A stretch of 64,000 nucleotides of DNA from contig JAZLFG010000023.1 in assembly GCA_045615685.1 (NCBI GenBank), forward strand, positions 6,818-70,817, read 5' to 3'. The stretch comes from Faecousia sp. Lineage in GTDB: Bacteria > Bacillota > Clostridia > Oscillospirales > Oscillospiraceae. Shown here one piece after another: positions 29,623 to 38,609 of this stretch. Numbering within the stretch: position 1 is the stretch's first letter; the number at the start of each line of letters is the position of its first letter. Under the pieces are notes generated by a model. That model was given only the letters and a program-made list of their open reading frames with translations, was not told the origin of the DNA and ran no database searches. The translations under genes and the position numbers were made by a program.

Positions 29623-30683
29623 GTCTCTTCTGCCAGCTTCAACAGTTTTTCGATCAACTCTGTGCATGGAATTCCGCTGGCCTCAAATAGTTTTGGATAC
29701 ATAGAAATGGAGGTAAAACCGGGAATGGTGTTGATCTCATTGAAGATGACCTCTCCGCTGTCATATGTAACAAAAAAGTCCACCCGGCTCAGGCCTCTGC
29801 AGCCCATAGCTTTATACACCGTGACGGCGTCCTCCCGGGTCTGAACAGCCTGCTCCGGCGTCAGCTCGGCAGGAATAACTGTGGAAGAGCTGTCGGAAAG
29901 ATATTTTGCCTCATAGTCGTAGAAATCCGCACCGGAAATGATCTCGCCGCATATGGAGGCCACCGGCTCCTGGTTACCCAGTACCGCGACCTCGACCTCA
30001 TGGCCGTGGATAAACTCCTCGACCAAAACCTTTCGATCAAAATGAAGCGCGTCTAGTAGCGAGCGGTGAAGATTCTCTCGATCTCTGGCCTTGGAAACCC
30101 CGACAGAGGAGCCAGTGCCTGCCGGCTTTACGAAGACAGGATAGGCAAAACGATGCTCAATATCCGCAATGACGGCAGTCTCATCCGCACGGAAGTCTTC
30201 CAGGGTCACAAGCTTCCACTTTGCTTGGCGCACATTCGTCCTGTCAATGACAAGCTTGGTCATGGTCTTATCCATGCAGGCTGCCGAAGCAGCGACACCG
30301 GGGCCGACGCAAGGAATCCCTGCCACCTGCATGAGTCCCTGCATAGAGCCATCCTCACCGTTTTCCCCGTGGAGCACGGGAAACACCACATCGATTGGCG
30401 CATAGGCGATACCATCCTCCTTGAAAAGGATCAGGCCCTCTCCCCTGGAGGGTGACAGGGCGCAGCGGCAGCAGCCAGGGAATTCTGCCCAAGTATCCTT
30501 CGGCAGCAGGCTGTAGTCGCTGCCTGCAAAAAAGATCCACGTTCCTTCGCGGGTAATGCCAACCGGTAGAACTCTGTTGCGGGTTTTATCCATATGATTC
30601 AAAATACACTCCGCCGAACGAAGCGATATCTCATGCTCCGGGGAGACGCCACCAAACAGCACACAAACAGTTCGTCTTCGCAT
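29619..30683 (-). CDS. ddl: D-alanine--D-alanine ligase
   Basis: Contains VCVLFGGVSPEHEISL, VFPVLHGENGEDGSMQG and ATP-grasp C-terminal motifs. Confidence 0.95.
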   Translation of the reverse strand: MRRRTVCVLFGGVSPEHEISLRSAECILNHMDKTRNRVLPVGITREGTWIFFAGSDYSLLPKDTWAEFPGCCRCALSPSRGEGLILFKEDGIAYAPIDVVFPVLHGENGEDGSMQGLMQVAGIPCVGPGVAASAACMDKTMTKLVIDRTNVRQAKWKLVTLEDFRADETAVIADIEHRFAYPVFVKPAGTGSSVGVSKARDRENLHRSLLDALHFDRKVLVEEFIHGHEVEVAVLGNQEPVASICGEIISGADFYDYEAKYLSDSSSTVIPAELTPEQAVQTREDAVTVYKAMGCRGLSRVDFFVTYDSGEVIFNEINTIPGFTSISMYPKLFEASGIPCTELIEKLLKLAEET

Positions 30684-30841
30684 TGCAACGCCTTCTTTCT
30701 CCAGAGAGAGGTCTCTGGGCTCTTCTCTAATATCATATGCGATTTCTCCGACAAAAACAAGTCAAATTTACACTGATCGACGATTTGTTGTGGAATTATC
30801 TGCGAAAGTGCAGTATAATACCCGCAAAGGAGGGAGAGCGC

Positions 30842-31258
30842 ATGAAAATTGATTTGACAGTCAAGGAATTCCGAAGGCTGCTCGACATGGTATATATTGG
30901 AAACTGGGTGCTAAATTCCACCCGAGGCGATGACCGTTTTGAGGACTATGACAACGTGGAGAGCAAGCTCTTTGCCCTGTGCAAAAACACGCCGATGGAA
31001 GCACTGGTAGAGGAATATCAGGGAAAGCCCGTTCCCTCCCAAGCCTTTAATGACGGCGGCATCCACGAAGCGATCGTCAATTATGAGGACTGCATCTTCT
31101 ATGATGTGCTTGCTGAAGAATTGGCTCGGCGCGATATGGGTTATCCGGAGATCACCACACAGAATTATGATGAGCTGGTCACTCGCATGGAGGATTACAT
31201 CGACGAATTTGAGTCCCACGGCACGGACAATATCGTGGTCAACGCTGCAGAGGAATAA
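30842..31258 (+). CDS. Hypothetical acidic cytoplasmic protein (138 aa), no family recognised
   Basis: ATG 30842 has AAAGGAGGGAG 6 nt upstream, TATAAT lies at 30814-30819 and the gene has its own terminator. GC looks lower than the neighbours by eye. Confidence 0.6.
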   Translation: MKIDLTVKEFRRLLDMVYIGNWVLNSTRGDDRFEDYDNVESKLFALCKNTPMEALVEEYQGKPVPSQAFNDGGIHEAIVNYEDCIFYDVLAEELARRDMGYPEITTQNYDELVTRMEDYIDEFESHGTDNIVVNAAEE

Positions 31259-31265
31259 ATAAACT

Positions 31266-31299
31266 GAGGCTGCCTCACAAGAAATGAGACAGCCTCTTT
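31266..31299. terminator. Bidirectional hairpin after the orphan gene and after tRNA-Cys
   Basis: GAGGCTG...CAGCCTC followed by TTTT. The T-tract abuts the tRNA-Cys 3' CCA on the opposite strand. Confidence 0.7.
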
Positions 31300-31374
31300 T
31301 GGAGGTGCCACCCAGATTTGAACTGGGGAATAAAGGTTTTGCAGACCTTTGCCTTACCACTTGGCCATGGCACC
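31300..31374 (-). tRNA. tRNA-Cys (GCA)
   Basis: Cloverleaf read by hand: acceptor GGTGCCA/GGCACC, anticodon arm AAGGT-CTGCAAA-ACCTT, T-loop TTCAAAT and an encoded CCA. Confidence 0.9.
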
Positions 31375-31413
31375 GTATGAAATAAGGAACGCAAGGCGCG
31401 TTCCTTATTTGTT

Positions 31414-31489
31414 TGGAGCGGGTGACGAGGCTCGAACCCGCTACCTCCATCTTGGCAAGGTGGCGCTCTACCGGATGAGCTACACCCGC
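31414..31489 (-). tRNA. tRNA-Gly (GCC)
   Basis: Acceptor GCGGGTG/CACCCGC, anticodon loop TTGCCAA (one C-A mismatch in the anticodon stem), T-loop TTCGAGC and an encoded CCA. Confidence 0.85.
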
Positions 31490-31492
31490 ATA

Positions 31493-31568
31493 TGGTGCCT
31501 CCGGTCGGAGTTGAACCAACGACACGCGGATTTTCAATCCGCTGCTCTACCAACTGAGCTACAGAGGC
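31493..31568 (-). tRNA. tRNA-Phe (GAA)
   Basis: Acceptor GCCTCTG/CGGAGGC, anticodon arm GCGGA-TTGAAAA-TCCGC and an encoded CCA. Confidence 0.92.
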
Positions 31569-31602
31569 ATGTATGGGGTGCTTGCACACCCCAATTTAAA
31601 AA

Positions 31603-31679
31603 TGGCGACCCGGAACGGACTCGAACCGTCGACCTCCAGCGTGACAGGCTGGCGTGCTAACCGACTGCACCACCGGGCC
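31603..31679 (-). tRNA. tRNA-Asp (GTC)
   Basis: Acceptor GGCCCGG/CCGGGTC, anticodon arm CCAGC-CTGTCAC-GCTGG and an encoded CCA. Confidence 0.92.
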
Positions 31680-31684
31680 AAATA

Positions 31685-31760
31685 TGGTGGAAAGTACAGG
31701 GCTCGAACCTGTGACCCCCTGCTTGTAAGGCAGGTGCTCTCCCAGCTGAGCTAACCTTCC
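31685..31760 (-). tRNA. tRNA-Val (TAC)
   Basis: Acceptor GGAAGGT/ACTTTCC, anticodon arm CCTGC-CTTACAA-GCAGG and an encoded CCA. Confidence 0.92.
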
Positions 31761-31804
31761 AGAAACACCGCTGCTGCAACTGCACTGTCCAGCGGACGTG
31801 TGTT

Positions 31805-31833
31805 ATTATACATAGGTAGGCCCGATTTGTCAA
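31805..31833 (-). promoter_or_regulatory. Consensus sigma-A promoter of the tRNA operon
   Basis: On the minus strand: TTGACA (31833-31828), exactly 17 nt, then TATAAT (31810-31805), about 45 nt upstream of tRNA-Val. Confidence 0.75.
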
Positions 31834-31860
31834 GACGAAATTTACTGTTTTTTCATTTTT

Positions 31861-32736
31861 TTACAGGCTGTCCAGGATGGCAAAAAGCTGCTCCCTTGTG
31901 AACACATAGTCCGCATCACAAAATTGGCAGGACATGTGGATATCCTTCCCCTCTTCTGCCATTTCCCGCAGCTCTTCCCTGCCAAGGCTGATGAGGGCTG
32001 CGCTCACACGCTCGCGGGAGCAATAGCACCGGTACTCCACAGGCTCGCTATCAAACAGCTCCACCTCAAAATTCTCCAGGACAGCGCGGATGATTCCGGC
32101 TCCATCCAGACCTCTTTGCAGCATTCCTGTGACCGACCCCGCGTTCATGAGTCCAATCTCCACCCGGGAGATCACATCATCCGGCGCACCCGGTAAAAGC
32201 TGCACAAGAAAGCCCCCGGCGCACTGCACCGACTGATCCGGATTCACCAGAACCCCCAGGCCACAGGCGGTAGGGGTCTGCTCACTGCGGGCAAAATAGC
32301 TCGTGATATCGTCGCCAATTTCGCCGGTCACAAGCTCCACACTGCCCACATAGGGCTCCTTCATCTGGAGATCCCGGATCACAGTCAACATTCCGTCACG
32401 GCCCACAGCAGCGCCCACATCAAGCTTGCCCGGGTACTTCTCCAAAAGGCTGATGCAAGGGTTGTCCACATAGCCGCGGACGTTACCCTTCGCGTCGGAC
32501 ACTGCCAGAATCGTCCCGAGTGGGCCGCCTCCCTTGAATTGCAAAGTCACGGAGCCATTTTCAATCTTCTGCATATTGCCCATCATAGCAGCGGCAGACA
32601 GAACCCTTCCAAGGGCCGCCGTGGCCACTGCGGTGGTGTGATGAATTTCTCTGGCACGCTCTACCAGCTCAGTGGATACGATAGCAATCGCCTTCACATA
32701 GCCGTCGCGGGACATTCCACGAATAATATGATCCAT
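31861..32736 (-). CDS. hslO: Redox-regulated chaperone Hsp33
   Basis: Full-length Hsp33 with the C-terminal zinc centre CYCS...CQFC. Confidence 0.93.
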   Translation of the reverse strand: MDHIIRGMSRDGYVKAIAIVSTELVERAREIHHTTAVATAALGRVLSAAAMMGNMQKIENGSVTLQFKGGGPLGTILAVSDAKGNVRGYVDNPCISLLEKYPGKLDVGAAVGRDGMLTVIRDLQMKEPYVGSVELVTGEIGDDITSYFARSEQTPTACGLGVLVNPDQSVQCAGGFLVQLLPGAPDDVISRVEIGLMNAGSVTGMLQRGLDGAGIIRAVLENFEVELFDSEPVEYRCYCSRERVSAALISLGREELREMAEEGKDIHMSCQFCDADYVFTREQLFAILDSL

Positions 32737-32741
32737 ATTCC

Positions 32742-33485
32742 CTACTCCTTACAGGCTGTAATAAAAATTCTTTGCTCATCCTTTTCCGGTGGCGCCATGC
32801 GACGGTCCGCATAGTGCTTAATTCCGGTAAAACCCGCCTCCTGCAAATATTTTGTCAGCTCCTCCACGCGGTAGGCATACTCCCGGTGTTCCTCAAAGCT
32901 GCGAACCCAGTGCTGCCCCTGCCGCTGAAAGAGGTCGATGCCATAGTAGCAGATGCGCGTATTTTCCTCATAAGCAGCCCGCCAAACACAATAGACGTCC
33001 TCATCCTCATCGAGAAAGATCTGCCCATCCAGCCCCCGGAGCTTCTCCTCGGAGTTGATGTCAAACAGGAACATGCCCCCAGGGTTGAGACTCTCATAGA
33101 CCCGGGCAATGGCTTTGCGGCAGGCCTTTGGCTCCGTGATATAATTCAGGCTGTCCAGGCAGCAAATGGCACAGTCCACCCCGCAAGGAAGCCGGAGCCG
33201 CTCCATCCGCTGGCAGACAAAAAAGGGTGAATTCTTTTCCAGGTCCGAAGCCTTCTGTGCAGCCACTGTGAGCATTTCTTCCGACATATCTACCCCAATG
33301 ACCCGGTAGCCCTTTTGGGCCAGAAGAATGGACATGGAGCCGGTACCGCAGGCCAGATCCAGCACCGTCTCCGGTTGCTTTCCCTCTGCCTGCAGCAGCG
33401 CCTCCAGGAAGCTCCATATTTCCGCATAGGGCACATCATTTGTCAGCCGGTCATAGCTTTCTGCCAGCGACGTGTAGGCATTCAT
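32742..33485 (-). CDS. Class I SAM-dependent methyltransferase
   Basis: Motif I VLDLACGTGSMS and motif post-I GVDMSEEML. The substrate is unknown. Confidence 0.85.
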   Translation of the reverse strand: MNAYTSLAESYDRLTNDVPYAEIWSFLEALLQAEGKQPETVLDLACGTGSMSILLAQKGYRVIGVDMSEEMLTVAAQKASDLEKNSPFFVCQRMERLRLPCGVDCAICCLDSLNYITEPKACRKAIARVYESLNPGGMFLFDINSEEKLRGLDGQIFLDEDEDVYCVWRAAYEENTRICYYGIDLFQRQGQHWVRSFEEHREYAYRVEELTKYLQEAGFTGIKHYADRRMAPPEKDEQRIFITACKE

Positions 33486-33781
33486 TCCTTCTTTTCCTCC
33501 ATCTTGCGGAACAGCTCCCAGTAAGAATCCTTGCCATAGTGGAGGCTTCGGTTGACTCGGCTGATGGTCGCGGAGCTTGCTCCTGTCTGCTCAAGAATGT
33601 CGTTATAGATTTTGCCTTCGCTCAAAAGCTTGGCTACTTCGAAACGCTGCTCCATGGCCTTTAGCTCCGACATGGTACAAAGATCATAGAAAAAGTGATA
33701 GCATTCCTCCGCAGACTCCAGCAGCAGGATCGCCTTGTATAGGTCGTGATCAGGGTTCGTCTGTTTGTTTCGGTTATTCAC
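33482..33781 (-). CDS. Second TrpR-like YerC/YecD-family DNA-binding protein
   Basis: 99 aa with EECYHFFYDLCT..EL.AMEQRF.VAKLL.EG.IY.....QTGASSATISRVNRSL. GTG start with RBS GGAAGGAAGGTG. Its stop overlaps the methyltransferase start. Confidence 0.8.
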   Translation of the reverse strand: MNNRNKQTNPDHDLYKAILLLESAEECYHFFYDLCTMSELKAMEQRFEVAKLLSEGKIYNDILEQTGASSATISRVNRSLHYGKDSYWELFRKMEEKKE

Positions 33782-33801
33782 AGCCAGTACACCTTCCTTC
33801 C

Positions 33802-33829
33802 CTTATATTTTAGCAGACTAAACTGTAAA
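33802..33829 (-). promoter_or_regulatory. Candidate promoter of the yerC-like-methyltransferase-hslO operon
   Basis: On the minus strand: TTTACA (33829-33824), a 16-nt spacer, then TATAAG (33807-33802). Confidence 0.35.
33809..33822. promoter_or_regulatory. Palindromic box TTTAG-TCTG-CTAAA in the promoter spacer (candidate YerC-family operator)
   Basis: A perfect 5-4-5 palindrome with the same half-sites, spacing and promoter position as the box at 18892-18905. Confidence 0.4.
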
Positions 33830-33844
33830 AGTAAAGATGTTCAA

Positions 33845-33882
33845 ATAAAAAACCGGCGACCCGGATGGCACTGGATCGCCGG
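33845..33882 (-). terminator. Rho-independent terminator after ftsZ
   Basis: On the minus strand: CCGGCGA...TCGCCGG hairpin followed by TTTTTTAT. Confidence 0.7.
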
Positions 33883-33897
33883 CAATGAAAGGCAGAA

Positions 33898-34980
33898 TTA
33901 GCGGTTGAAAATGGAGAAGATCGCATCGATATCGTCCACATCCTCTTCTGGCATGGACACAGGCGCACTTTTCACCCGTTCTGACGCAGCGGTAAAGGCG
34001 CCCGTCTTGGCAGCGGGAGACTCCTGCTTCTCGCCAAAGCCGGTGGCAATGACAGTCACGCGCATCTCGTCCTCGTAGGTCTCGTCGAAGGCTGCGCCGA
34101 AAATGATGTTGGCTTCGGGATTGGCGGCCTCCATGACAATGTTGGCGGCGGTCTCCACATCGTCCAGACCCAGGTCGATCGCGCCGGTCACATTGATGAG
34201 GACGCCGGTTGCGCCGTTGATAGAAGTCTCCAACAGCGGGGAGGCAACTGCCATCTGGGCAGCCATCTCTGCCTTGTCCCGGCCGGAGGCAATGCCCACG
34301 CCCATATGAGCCCGGCCCGCGTCCTTCATTACGGAGGAAACATCGGCAAAATCCAAATTGATAATGACCTTCTCCGAGTAGCTTACCAATTGGGAAATCG
34401 AAGAAACTGCCTGCTTGAGCACATCATCTGCAATGCCGAAGGCATTTGCAAAGGTAATTTTCTGATCGGTCACATACTTCAAACGGTCATTGGGGATGAT
34501 GATCAGGGAGTCCACCTTATCCGACAGCGCAGTAATGCCAGACTCAGCCTGGCGCATCCGGTTTGCACCCTCGAAGCGGAAGGGCTTTGTCACCACGCCG
34601 ACCGTCAGAATTCCCGCCTCATGGGCAAGATCTGCAATGATGGGTGCAGCGCCCGTGCCGGTGCCGCCACCCATGCCTGCGGTGATAAAGACCATATCGG
34701 CACCCTCCAAGGCTTTGGCAATGGCAGCTCTCGACTCCTCAGCGGACTTCTTGCCGGTATCTGGCTTGGAGCCCGCGCCCATGCCACCGGTCAGCTTTTC
34801 GCCAATCTGCAGCTTATTGGGGCATCTGGATTTGTTGAGATCCTGCTTATCTGTATTGACAGCAATGAACTCCACGCCGTCAATACCACTGTCGATCATT
34901 CGATTGACTACGTTATTACCGGCGCCACCAACACCGATTACCTTGATATTAACAACTTTATCTGCAAAAATCTCGGACAT
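33898..34980 (-). CDS. ftsZ: Cell division GTPase FtsZ
   Basis: Contains IKVIGVGGAGNN and the tubulin signature GGGTGTGA, plus the conserved C-terminal peptide DIDAIFSIFNR. Confidence 0.97.
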   Translation of the reverse strand: MSEIFADKVVNIKVIGVGGAGNNVVNRMIDSGIDGVEFIAVNTDKQDLNKSRCPNKLQIGEKLTGGMGAGSKPDTGKKSAEESRAAIAKALEGADMVFITAGMGGGTGTGAAPIIADLAHEAGILTVGVVTKPFRFEGANRMRQAESGITALSDKVDSLIIIPNDRLKYVTDQKITFANAFGIADDVLKQAVSSISQLVSYSEKVIINLDFADVSSVMKDAGRAHMGVGIASGRDKAEMAAQMAVASPLLETSINGATGVLINVTGAIDLGLDDVETAANIVMEAANPEANIIFGAAFDETYEDEMRVTVIATGFGEKQESPAAKTGAFTAASERVKSAPVSMPEEDVDDIDAIFSIFNR

Positions 34981-35074
34981 ATGATCTCCTCCTATGTATA
35001 ACCGTCTGATTCTATTATATTCTAAATCGCCCTGATTTTACCTGGGGATATGATACGCAAATTTATACTCTTTT

Positions 35075-35103
35075 ATTCTAACTTGAAAAACGAATTTGGT
35101 CAA
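35075..35103 (-). promoter_or_regulatory. Candidate sigma-A promoter for ftsZ
   Basis: On the minus strand: TTGACC (35103-35098), a 17-nt spacer, then TAGAAT (35080-35075), within the 160-bp ftsQ-ftsZ spacer. Confidence 0.5.
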
Positions 35104-35140
35104 TAGAAATTCTTCCAATTAAGAAAGATTTTATACTTTT

Positions 35141-36154
35141 TTAGCTTGACCAAGGGATGAAGGTCGCTTTTTTTGCCTCCTGGAAGGTTAAATCCAGCAC
35201 ACCGCTTTGATAGCTATCGAGCTGAGAAATCGCAGCGAGCATATACTGGAGCTTATAGGAAAGCTCGGAGCTGTCACCCAGTTTGATCTGGAACCTCGTT
35301 CCATACCAAATCTCCAGGTTGTAGATCGAGCTGACGTCTACCGAAGTAATTGAACGAATCGCCTGCTCCTGCTCTAGCTGCCGGACAATCTGTAAAGCTG
35401 TATCCATTCGCTTTCCGGCGGAGGCCTCTACCGGCATGTCCATTTGCGATTCGTCATCCTCCGCTTGGGAAGTCTCTGCCGGTTCCTCCAGTACCTGAGC
35501 ATTCTCACCAGACACGGCTCCGTAGATACGTACGCCCTCAATCTTCAGGTAATCCGAGGCAGCCTTTGCTGTGATTTGCTCGACCAGCCTTCCGTCGGAA
35601 TTGATGAGCCAGTAGCTTCCGTCCTCCGCTGCTACCGCAAAGGCAGTCTCAAGCTCCACCACCTCAATTTTCACCGTGCTCGGAAGGGCAACGCCCACCC
35701 TTACCTCGTCGATATAGGGAAGCTGCGCCCGAATTCGGCTTGCCACCGCAGTTTTGTTGACCAGAAGTAGGGCATTTCCCTGGGAAAGTCCGGCACATTC
35801 CACAATCTCATCCACGTTGTACATGGAATTTCCCACAACTGACACATTGCGAACCCGTAAAAGCGCAAACAGCGCTACAATGACCACCAGTGCCGCAGCC
35901 ACGCTGGCCGCTAGCCGCCGGGCAAAAGTGCGACCGAACACCTTGCCAAAGGCAAATCGGCTGCGGGCTTTGGATTTCCTCCGCCTTTGCGTGTGACGAA
36001 AGGCGCCGGTGGTTTGCCGCGTGCCGGGAGAATGCTCGCCTTGATGCGCCAGATGTCTTCGTTTTCGCCGCCTGCGCTCGGCCGGGGCAGGGCGATGCCG
36101 CGCTGTGTCCTCCTTTTGTCGAGGTGAGGGCCTGTTTGTAACTTTGCTGCTCAT
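35141..36154 (-). CDS. ftsQ: Cell division protein FtsQ/DivIB (POTRA domain) with long Arg/Lys-rich N-terminal tail
   Basis: A basic cytoplasmic tail, one TM helix (AASVAAALVVIVALFALL) and a POTRA-like VRNVSVVGNSMYNVDEIVE. Position in the dcw cluster supports the call. Confidence 0.75.
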   Translation of the reverse strand: MSSKVTNRPSPRQKEDTARHRPAPAERRRRKRRHLAHQGEHSPGTRQTTGAFRHTQRRRKSKARSRFAFGKVFGRTFARRLAASVAAALVVIVALFALLRVRNVSVVGNSMYNVDEIVECAGLSQGNALLLVNKTAVASRIRAQLPYIDEVRVGVALPSTVKIEVVELETAFAVAAEDGSYWLINSDGRLVEQITAKAASDYLKIEGVRIYGAVSGENAQVLEEPAETSQAEDDESQMDMPVEASAGKRMDTALQIVRQLEQEQAIRSITSVDVSSIYNLEIWYGTRFQIKLGDSSELSYKLQYMLAAISQLDSYQSGVLDLTFQEAKKATFIPWSS

Positions 36155-37425
36155 GTTGTATCCTCCATGGGCTCTTCGTCCAGGAAAATGCTTGCACCCA
36201 GGACAGAGAGTTTTTCACAGAGGCTGTCATAGCCTCTGAAAATGTGCTTTGTTTCTGAAATATGGCTCACGCCCTCGGCGCCAAGCGCCGCAATCACCAT
36301 GGCCGCTCCGCCGCGAAGATCCGTTGATGCCACATCTGCACCGTGGAGCGAAGTCACGCCACGAATGCGGGCCATCGTTCCTGTGATCTCAATGTCCGCG
36401 CCCATCGCTCGCAGGGCTGCCACATGGCGGAAGCGGTGCTCGAATATGGTCTCTTCCACGTAGGTGGTTCCCTTCGCGCACAAAAGAGCCGCCATCAGTG
36501 GCGCTTGGGCATCGGTGGGAAAGGCCGGATAGGGGCCGGTGCGCACCGGCTTTATGGCGTGAAGTCCGCCACATTGCGCAACAATCCTGTCAGGCATTAC
36601 TTGAAGCTGAACCCCTGCCTCCTGCAAGGCTTCCAATATTGGCAAAATGTGGCTGGATTCGACTCCCACGAGAGAAATTTCTCCGCCGCAAGCCGCAAGG
36701 GCGCATAAGTACGTAGCCGCCTCAATGCGATCCGGCAGCACCCGGAAGGTGCAATCACGCCGGGCTTTGGGTGGTACCAGGCAGATTGTGGCACTGCCCT
36801 CCCCTGTTACCTCTGCGCCCATCGTTCTTAAAAACTGCGCCAGCGCTGCAACCTCCGGCTCCCGTGCCGCATTCACAATGGTGACAGGATCCTCTGCACC
36901 CATGCCTACAAGCAAAATATTTTCCGTCGCGCCCACACTGGGAAAGGGCAGCACCACTGTGCCGCCATAGAGCCGGGCCGCCTTGCAGCAAATCTCCTCT
37001 CCCTGCTCCTCCACCTGGACGCCCAGCTCCCGCAGGGCATTCAGATGCAGATCAATAGGCCTTGCACCGATGCAGCAGCCACCGGGGAGCCACAGGCGCG
37101 CCTGACGGCACCTTGCCAGCAACGCGCCAAGAAAAATGACCGATGAGCGCAGCCGAAGCATCAGCATCCGGGGAATTTGAACGCAATCAATCGCTCGGCT
37201 GTCCACCGCAATGGTGTCGCCATCCCTGTGTACCCGGCAGCCAAGATGGTGCAATATGTCCACCGTTGCGTCCACATCCGTCAGATTTGGACAGTGCTCC
37301 AGGCAAAAGCTGCCGCTTTGGACCACCGTCGCAGCCAGCAGCGGCAGCACTGCATTCTTTGCACCGCTGATTGGCACGCTGCCGTAGAGCCGCCTGCCTC
37401 CATGGATCGTCAGAATCCCCACCAT
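36151..37425 (-). CDS. murA: UDP-N-acetylglucosamine 1-carboxyvinyltransferase
   Basis: Contains ISGAKNAVLPLLAA and the active-site loop LPGGCCIGARPIDLH. Full length, 424 aa. Confidence 0.93.
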   Translation of the reverse strand: MVGILTIHGGRRLYGSVPISGAKNAVLPLLAATVVQSGSFCLEHCPNLTDVDATVDILHHLGCRVHRDGDTIAVDSRAIDCVQIPRMLMLRLRSSVIFLGALLARCRQARLWLPGGCCIGARPIDLHLNALRELGVQVEEQGEEICCKAARLYGGTVVLPFPSVGATENILLVGMGAEDPVTIVNAAREPEVAALAQFLRTMGAEVTGEGSATICLVPPKARRDCTFRVLPDRIEAATYLCALAACGGEISLVGVESSHILPILEALQEAGVQLQVMPDRIVAQCGGLHAIKPVRTGPYPAFPTDAQAPLMAALLCAKGTTYVEETIFEHRFRHVAALRAMGADIEITGTMARIRGVTSLHGADVASTDLRGGAAMVIAALGAEGVSHISETKHIFRGYDSLCEKLSVLGASIFLDEEPMEDTT

Positions 37426-37484
37426 ACATCCCTCCGCATCGTCCGGGGTATCAAAGGTTTCCCCATCCTATGCGACAGGCCGCG

Positions 37485-38609
37485 CTAATGTGAGGCCAAT
37501 TCCTGAAGAATATGATAAATCCGCTCGGTAGAATCCAGTACCGCCATACCCCGCAGGGCGCTGCGCATGGCTTTCAGGCGTTCCGGATCATTTAGAAGTG
37601 CTCCAACACGTTCGTACAAGGAATCCCCATCACACTCCGCCTCCCGGATCACCAGGGCCGCGCCGCGCCGCTCTAAAAGCCGGGCATTCTTCTCCTGATG
37701 ATTGTCTGTGACATTGGGCGACGGCACAATGATGGCCGGTACTGCACTGGCCGCCACCTCATTGAGTGTGGAGGCTCCCGCCCGGCAGATCATCAAGTCC
37801 GCAGCAGCCATGAGTGTTGGCATATCGTAGATATATTCCCGCAGCTCAATGTTTGAATGCTCAGAGAGGTCTACATCCAGCTTCTCTATTAGATCCGGCA
37901 TCCAGCGCCAGCCGTAGGAACCGGTTGCGTGGATGTGGTGATAGGCATCTGTTTGAGCCTCCAGCTGAATAAAGCGGGCAATTTTTTTGTTCATCTCCCG
38001 GGCGCCAAGGCTGCCCCAGCAGGAGATGATCAGCTTTTCGTCCTCCTTCAACCCGAGGATACGCCGGGCATCTGCACGCTTTGTGTAGATGAATGCCTCA
38101 CTAACCGGCATCCCCACGGCTGTGACCTTGTCGGGCCTTGGGTACCTCTCGCGGCACTCATCATAGCAGACCAAAATCCGGTTCACCCGGCGCATAACCA
38201 TCCGGGTTGCAAGGCCCGGCACCGCATTGGACTCATGCACCGCCGTGGGGATGCCCAGCCGCGCCCCCTGCCGGAGGGCCGGAAAGCTGGCATAGCCCCC
38301 GGTTCCGAGAATAACGTCCGGCCGAAACGCTTTTAAAACTCCATTTACCTTTCGCAAGGCTCCGGAAATGTCTGCCGCAGTCTTCACATTATGGGCAATG
38401 CTTTTCGGGCTAAGGCTTCGCTGAAAGTTGGAAATTTTAATTGTTTCCAATTGAAAGCCTTCCCTGGGCACTAAGGTTTTTTCCATACCATCTTCTGCAC
38501 CAATGAAGAGAATCTCGCTGTCCGGCTGCCGTTCCCGGAGCATCTTTGCTATTGCCAGCGCCGGGTTGATATGGCCGCCGGTTCCACCGCAGGTAAACAC
38601 TGCCCTCAT
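37485..38609 (-). CDS. murG: Undecaprenyldiphospho-muramoylpentapeptide beta-N-acetylglucosaminyltransferase
   Basis: Starts MRAVFTCGGTGGHINPALA. ATG 38609 overlaps the ftsW stop (ATGA). The 116-codon extension in the ORF track lies inside ftsW and is rejected. Confidence 0.92.
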   Translation of the reverse strand: MRAVFTCGGTGGHINPALAIAKMLRERQPDSEILFIGAEDGMEKTLVPREGFQLETIKISNFQRSLSPKSIAHNVKTAADISGALRKVNGVLKAFRPDVILGTGGYASFPALRQGARLGIPTAVHESNAVPGLATRMVMRRVNRILVCYDECRERYPRPDKVTAVGMPVSEAFIYTKRADARRILGLKEDEKLIISCWGSLGAREMNKKIARFIQLEAQTDAYHHIHATGSYGWRWMPDLIEKLDVDLSEHSNIELREYIYDMPTLMAAADLMICRAGASTLNEVAASAVPAIIVPSPNVTDNHQEKNARLLERRGAALVIREAECDGDSLYERVGALLNDPERLKAMRSALRGMAVLDSTERIYHILQELASH

